This document shows, piece after piece, positions 59,216 to 64,000 of a DNA stretch of 64,000 nucleotides; the first letter of the stretch is position 1, and every line of letters starts with the position of its first letter. A program made the position numbers and the translations under genes. This stretch comes from Takakia lepidozioides (taxonomy: Eukaryota > Plantae > Bryophyta), in the NCBI GenBank assembly GCA_030704615.1, contig CM060732.1:60326001-60390000 (forward strand). Reading direction: 5' to 3'. Below the pieces are notes generated by a model, which was not told the origin of the DNA, searched no databases, and worked only from the letters and a program-made list of their open reading frames with translations.

Positions 59216-62049
59216 TGAACTAGTGAAGCTGGGAACTTCGACAATTTAGCAGTTGTATAGTGCTCAAGATGCATCCACTAATCTTCAATCTTAACACTAA
59301 CAAGTTGTACATGGGAATGATATGGTCCGAAAACATTAGAGGAATTACTGAATATTGTTACTGACTATTGAACAGTAGTCAGTCGACGTTGTGGGATACT
59401 TAGAGATGAGTATGTTCATGAACAGATCTAGCTCGTTATCTAGGTCGGAACGTCATGCTTAGTTTTTCAGGGCGAACACTCTGCATAGGAATGAATTTAT
59501 ATCAAGGGGCCTACTTGTAGTTGATCTAGCGTGTACGTGTACATGTATATCAAGTGGATGCGACTCATGTAAATGGGCGCCGTGGCCGTCAACAATTATT
59601 GTAAGTGGGAAGATAATCTAACAGATTCTCTGGTTTGAAGGTTCTGAGGCAGAACATCATGCGCAGACGTCCAACAATCCTGCACGATAGCTCTAGTCCA
59701 CTCTTGACAGGCGTGTTATCTGCAGTCTTTCCAGATTTTCCGGATCAACGACAACCGCACAGTTTTACTATGACAGACCTGTGATACAACCTTCAATTGA
59801 GCATGAGATTACAGTATCAAACTTAGCTGGTATGTTCCAAGGTGGTTGAAGGACGGACATGTGAGAATCTGACGCAAAGACTTTCGGTTCCGTCCCTGGA
59901 TCGACAAGCACAAAACGTGATCTTTATCTCTCTAGTACTTTCTTGGAATCTGATTGTCTGCCGGCAGTAAGGATCAGAGATTGGGACTATGATGTAATGC
60001 AAAGTTTGAATTGGACCTCTGTACAGGTGCTTGAGTGATGACAAGACTCTGATTGGCAGGAGGCTGGAACCTTCCCTTGGTACTTATACGAGACTTATAC
60101 CAAGGTTACTGATGTTGAATGGAGACAAGCAGGGAGCAAGGGCAAAGAGGGGGGGCGGGGGAAGACTGATCCGTGACAATGATCTGATCTTTCAATGCCT
60201 GCAAGATAAGGGAAGGATAATCTTCTGGATAATTACCCTACAGCTGGGTAATTGAAACAGCACTCGTCACAGTCTTTGTGATATGCGCATGGAGTGCAAC
60301 CTCATCCTTTTAGTTGTGGGTAATATAACCCCCCATAGTGAGATTTTTTCCTCTATCGATGGGGCACTGTATGAGATTATGATGTGTCTGAAATGAAAGA
60401 AAGTCGAAGGATACAGTGGCCATTTGGAAGTACGTTCATTTGAAAGCTACGTGAAACTGGATACTTGGAGATCACACTGACCGGGTCACATACATTAGAA
60501 ACACTCTTGATTCAAGACTTGCTGTATCACAACGAAAATCCGTTTACTGCAGTTCAGTCCGTCCAAACTTCGATAGGTACCAAATGCAAACTCTAAGAGA
60601 TTACCTCTTTCAAAGCTTTCTTTGCTAAAATGAACCTAGATCCTAGTTCTAAGTCACAGAAGGTCACAAGTGTAATGCCTTGTCACCACATTTAAAGTAA
60701 CCGTCGACTAGGAGAAGCATACCTGCAGCATGGCAGCAAATACAGGGATGCCTGGGTGAAGAAAAACCTTATTCGTCAGTGTTCTAAAAAGAGCTGGTAC
60801 ACCCTGTTTATTGTATAACACTAAATAATTCCCATGGAAAACAACACGCGGTTTAATTAAGTCCTCCACAATACCTGCCACAACGCTGGAGGATGACTGA
60901 CTCTCCCGACATACTTGCTTACTATCTCAAAGAATCATCTAAGAGCCAAGCTTGTTTCATGTAGAAAACCCTGTGGTCACCCCTTGACAGTAGGAGCTGT
61001 GAGTTCAGGCTGAGACTTACACAGATCCATTTAAAAACTACCCAGAGGTAGCATTGAATCTTCAACGTTTTTGAGGCATATGGCCTACAATAATGTCTTG
61101 TTGTTGTCAGTTGAGACTTGAGACCCGCAAAATCACATCAATCCAGCTGTTGGGTGCACTAGCAATAGGCCGGTTGAAACAATCCTGAAAACAACAGTAA
61201 AAAACAGTTGAACCCAGCACAGACCATTCCTACTGTGTTTCTCAAATGATGTCGGGACTATACTGCACCACAAGACCACTACCACGAGCATCGTAATGTA
61301 TACTTGATAGCACTCAGATCCTCCATAACGCAGATAAACAGATTAACAAACTCAGAAGATGAGAGATCACATGAATGCGGTGATAGAGCCTTCGTGTGTA
61401 GAAATCCTCAAAGTCTCTGCAAAGGGGTGCATAGCCCTGCCACATGGTGCTCGTCAGAGATTAGTACCAGGCGTACCCAGAGACTGAAATAGCATTCACA
61501 AAATTACATGACCCATTTTTCTTCCAGACCTGCAATGTGCAAAGCGCTAATATTGACCAACCAACCAAAGATAACCTCAACGAGAATGGATTGATGTGGG
61601 ATGTGGACATCGCCATTACTTTGACTCAAAGGCACTTGAGACTCCGACCAAAGCCATCCAGCCTAAATAAGAGCCTCTTTTCCTTTGCGGGTTGCCCTGC
61701 GGGGCTTACACATACTCATAGGGTACAAGTGGACACCCCAGGCGAGCATGGAAGGAGAGAACCTACCTCCTTGGCCTTCTCCCTATTCATGAAGGTGCGA
61801 AAGAAGTCTCGAAAAAATGGCCCATTCTGATGGTACATGTTGATCGGGAGCAGGAAACAAGGCTCACTCCTGATGAGGTCATTGGGGTACTTCAATGGAT
61901 AACACCCGTGAGGAAATGGAGAATTACTTGCGGGGTTTTCGTGACTACGAGAAATCGAACTGGTTTTGAGCTACAATCTCATTACTGTGCAACAAAAATA
62001 GGAGAAGGGAGATTGGCCAGCTATGAAGATGGCACACCCTGATTATTTC

Positions 62050-63480
62050 TTGCAAAAGAGACAGGCAGCCAAAGGAAAGAGGAAGAAAGAACCTTCTCAA
62101 TATGCTGAACTGGGTAAATCCCTGTGCGACTCGGCTCCAAACCTGACATTTGCTTGTCCTCAGGAACCAGTGTCGCCATTGCTTTTGGGCTCATCAGTTT
62201 ACCCCCTGGGACACCTCTCCATGTGGTCAAGAATCTTCGGGTGTTTGGTGACTGCCTTATCTCAAAGATTGTTGGGCGAGCAATTGTTGTGCGCGATGCC
62301 AACCATTTTCACCACTTCCAAGATGGGGTCTGTTCTTGTGGGTATTACTGGTGATCTGAACAACAATCTGTATCTGGAATTTGATGTATGTTACTGATAA
62401 AGAGAATTGGGTGAAATCGAGGTTGCGGCAGCAGAAACAAATCATACTTGTTTGTGTCCACTCAGGCTAAATGCAACCAGTGATTTCATACATTCTAAAA
62501 CCAACTTACCCACTCACGGAACTTTTTGCAGCATCGATACATTCATCGTCGTCAACATCATAGTTCCATTCTTGGTTGACAACTGTGTGGTACAAGTTGA
62601 GTAAGTTTACCCTGGTTGACAATTGAGGAGCCAATGTACTCTTAAGTGAACTCTTTAGTAGTTCCAGAAATCTGGTTCCAAGCAGTTGTGAATCAATAGC
62701 AATAGTGAATATTGTGGCAAAATTTGCAGCACATTCCACCTCCCACCATCAACAAAACCTATAAAGACATAAAACTTCAGCTTCTTGCATTCCATATAAA
62801 TCCTGCAGAACAGTTTAAGCTACATGGTGCTCATCAAACAATCGAACGCCTCAAAAGCTGTGATCTGGCTAAAATGGAGGCAAATCTATTAAGAGCTCAT
62901 GAAGAAAGGCAGGTTCTTGCACCAGCTATGTCCAGAGCTGTCTCACATAAGTTTAGATTGCAATTGAATGCATGGTTGCAAAAGAATAACCTTTGTTGAT
63001 AGCCTTGGTGGGTGGTGCATCGCACTTGCATGTGAATTATCCCTCTTCCAGATCATTCATTGGGGGGCCAGTCTTGGTTGAAGTATCACTCGGTGCTCAT
63101 CCGCCTTGATCCAGGAATCATCGTCACATGCATTTTCAGTCTGACGTCTTGGGAGCGAAGGATTTTGCAGTGCACCTCCTTTCCAACTAAAAATGTCAGA
63201 CTCACAACACGCTATGTCACCATACAGTTTGGAACCCATGCAAGTACTTTTAAGACCAAGGAATGTGTGGTTTAGCTCTGGCACATTACAGATTGATTCG
63301 GCCAACATGACATCAACACTAGAGAGGGTCCTACACTCAGCAATGGCCTGTACAGTACATAAAATCTACCCAATCCTTCCATTTGACTTAACAAATATGC
63401 CACAAACATGGGCAAGTGATGAAAATGGGCAACTGCACAAACCTTGTCGCAAGGGCTACTCAATGGATGGAACTTAAGAC
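62050..63480 (+). mobile_element. Highly decayed L1-like LINE ORF2 (AP endonuclease to RT start)
   Basis: Scattered across frames in the expected order: [30 protein letters not shown], a helical linker (62712-62999) and RKGYSMDG (K.PG.DG-like). Confidence 0.5.
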
Positions 63481-64000
63481 CTGAACCTCATTTGAATTAC
63501 AAAGAAGGGAGGTCCAAGCAAGTAGGAGATTGGGTCAGTGCTATGAATGCGCCCGGTTAGCATTTGGAAGTACATAGCTCAATATTTGCTTTCTTAAGAA
63601 AAGAATTGCCATGCCTGTTTTACCTGCCATGGTAAGTAGATCGACATCCAGCGCATCCATGGGCAGGTGTTAAATGTACTTCTGCATCTGTTCAGGCAAT
63701 TCTTTTCAGCCATGGACTGTTTGGATGTGGATAATCTGTTATTGGTTCTTAACCCAGTGAGGCCATTGTTGGGCTGACATCCAGGGAGAAATGCAGCTCA
63801 ATGCCGATGTTGTGAGGAGCTCTGACATCTAATGGGGGCTTTGTTGTGCGCAGGCTGGAGGCATTTACCTCTTGGCTTCTTCACAATAGGAGCTCTGGTG
63901 ATCACATTATTGTTGCTATCACTGTATTCGTGATATAAAGAGCGATTCAGGTGATCGTGTAATTGTTCTTATCCTTTTATCATGCCCGACAATAGCAGTT

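Overview
Eukaryotic, land-plant nuclear DNA. The gene set is plant-type (PP4R3/PSY2L, DUF538, class III peroxidase), and the transposon mix suggests a non-seed plant (inference). 1-23 kb is a nested transposon island: (1) a CACTA end inserted in a degenerate non-chromoviral Ty3/gypsy element that carries a dUTPase-like domain between protease and RT and a clean 552-bp internal inversion; (2) a CRE-like RLE non-LTR remnant; (3) a TA-flanked MITE split by a young, full-length Galadriel-like chromovirus (TSD GATTG); (4) a non-autonomous MULE, a piggyBac transposase pseudogene and a non-autonomous hAT. 24-59 kb is genic: a 24-exon PP4R3 gene (-), a small Helitron, a gypsy RT fragment, an uncharacterised spliced gene (-), a DUF538 gene (-) and a class III peroxidase (+) whose distal catalytic His is replaced by Pro. 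The uncharacterised gene appears to encode a beta-grasp domain, an animal NAB-corepressor NCD2-like domain and a coiled coil. A decayed L1-like LINE probably occupies the last 2-3 kb. Best candidates for novelty are the NCD2-like gene, the dUTPase-bearing gypsy, the land-plant piggyBac and the His-to-Pro peroxidase. All exon coordinates were derived by eye from GT-AG sites and reading-phase bookkeeping; no database searches were run.
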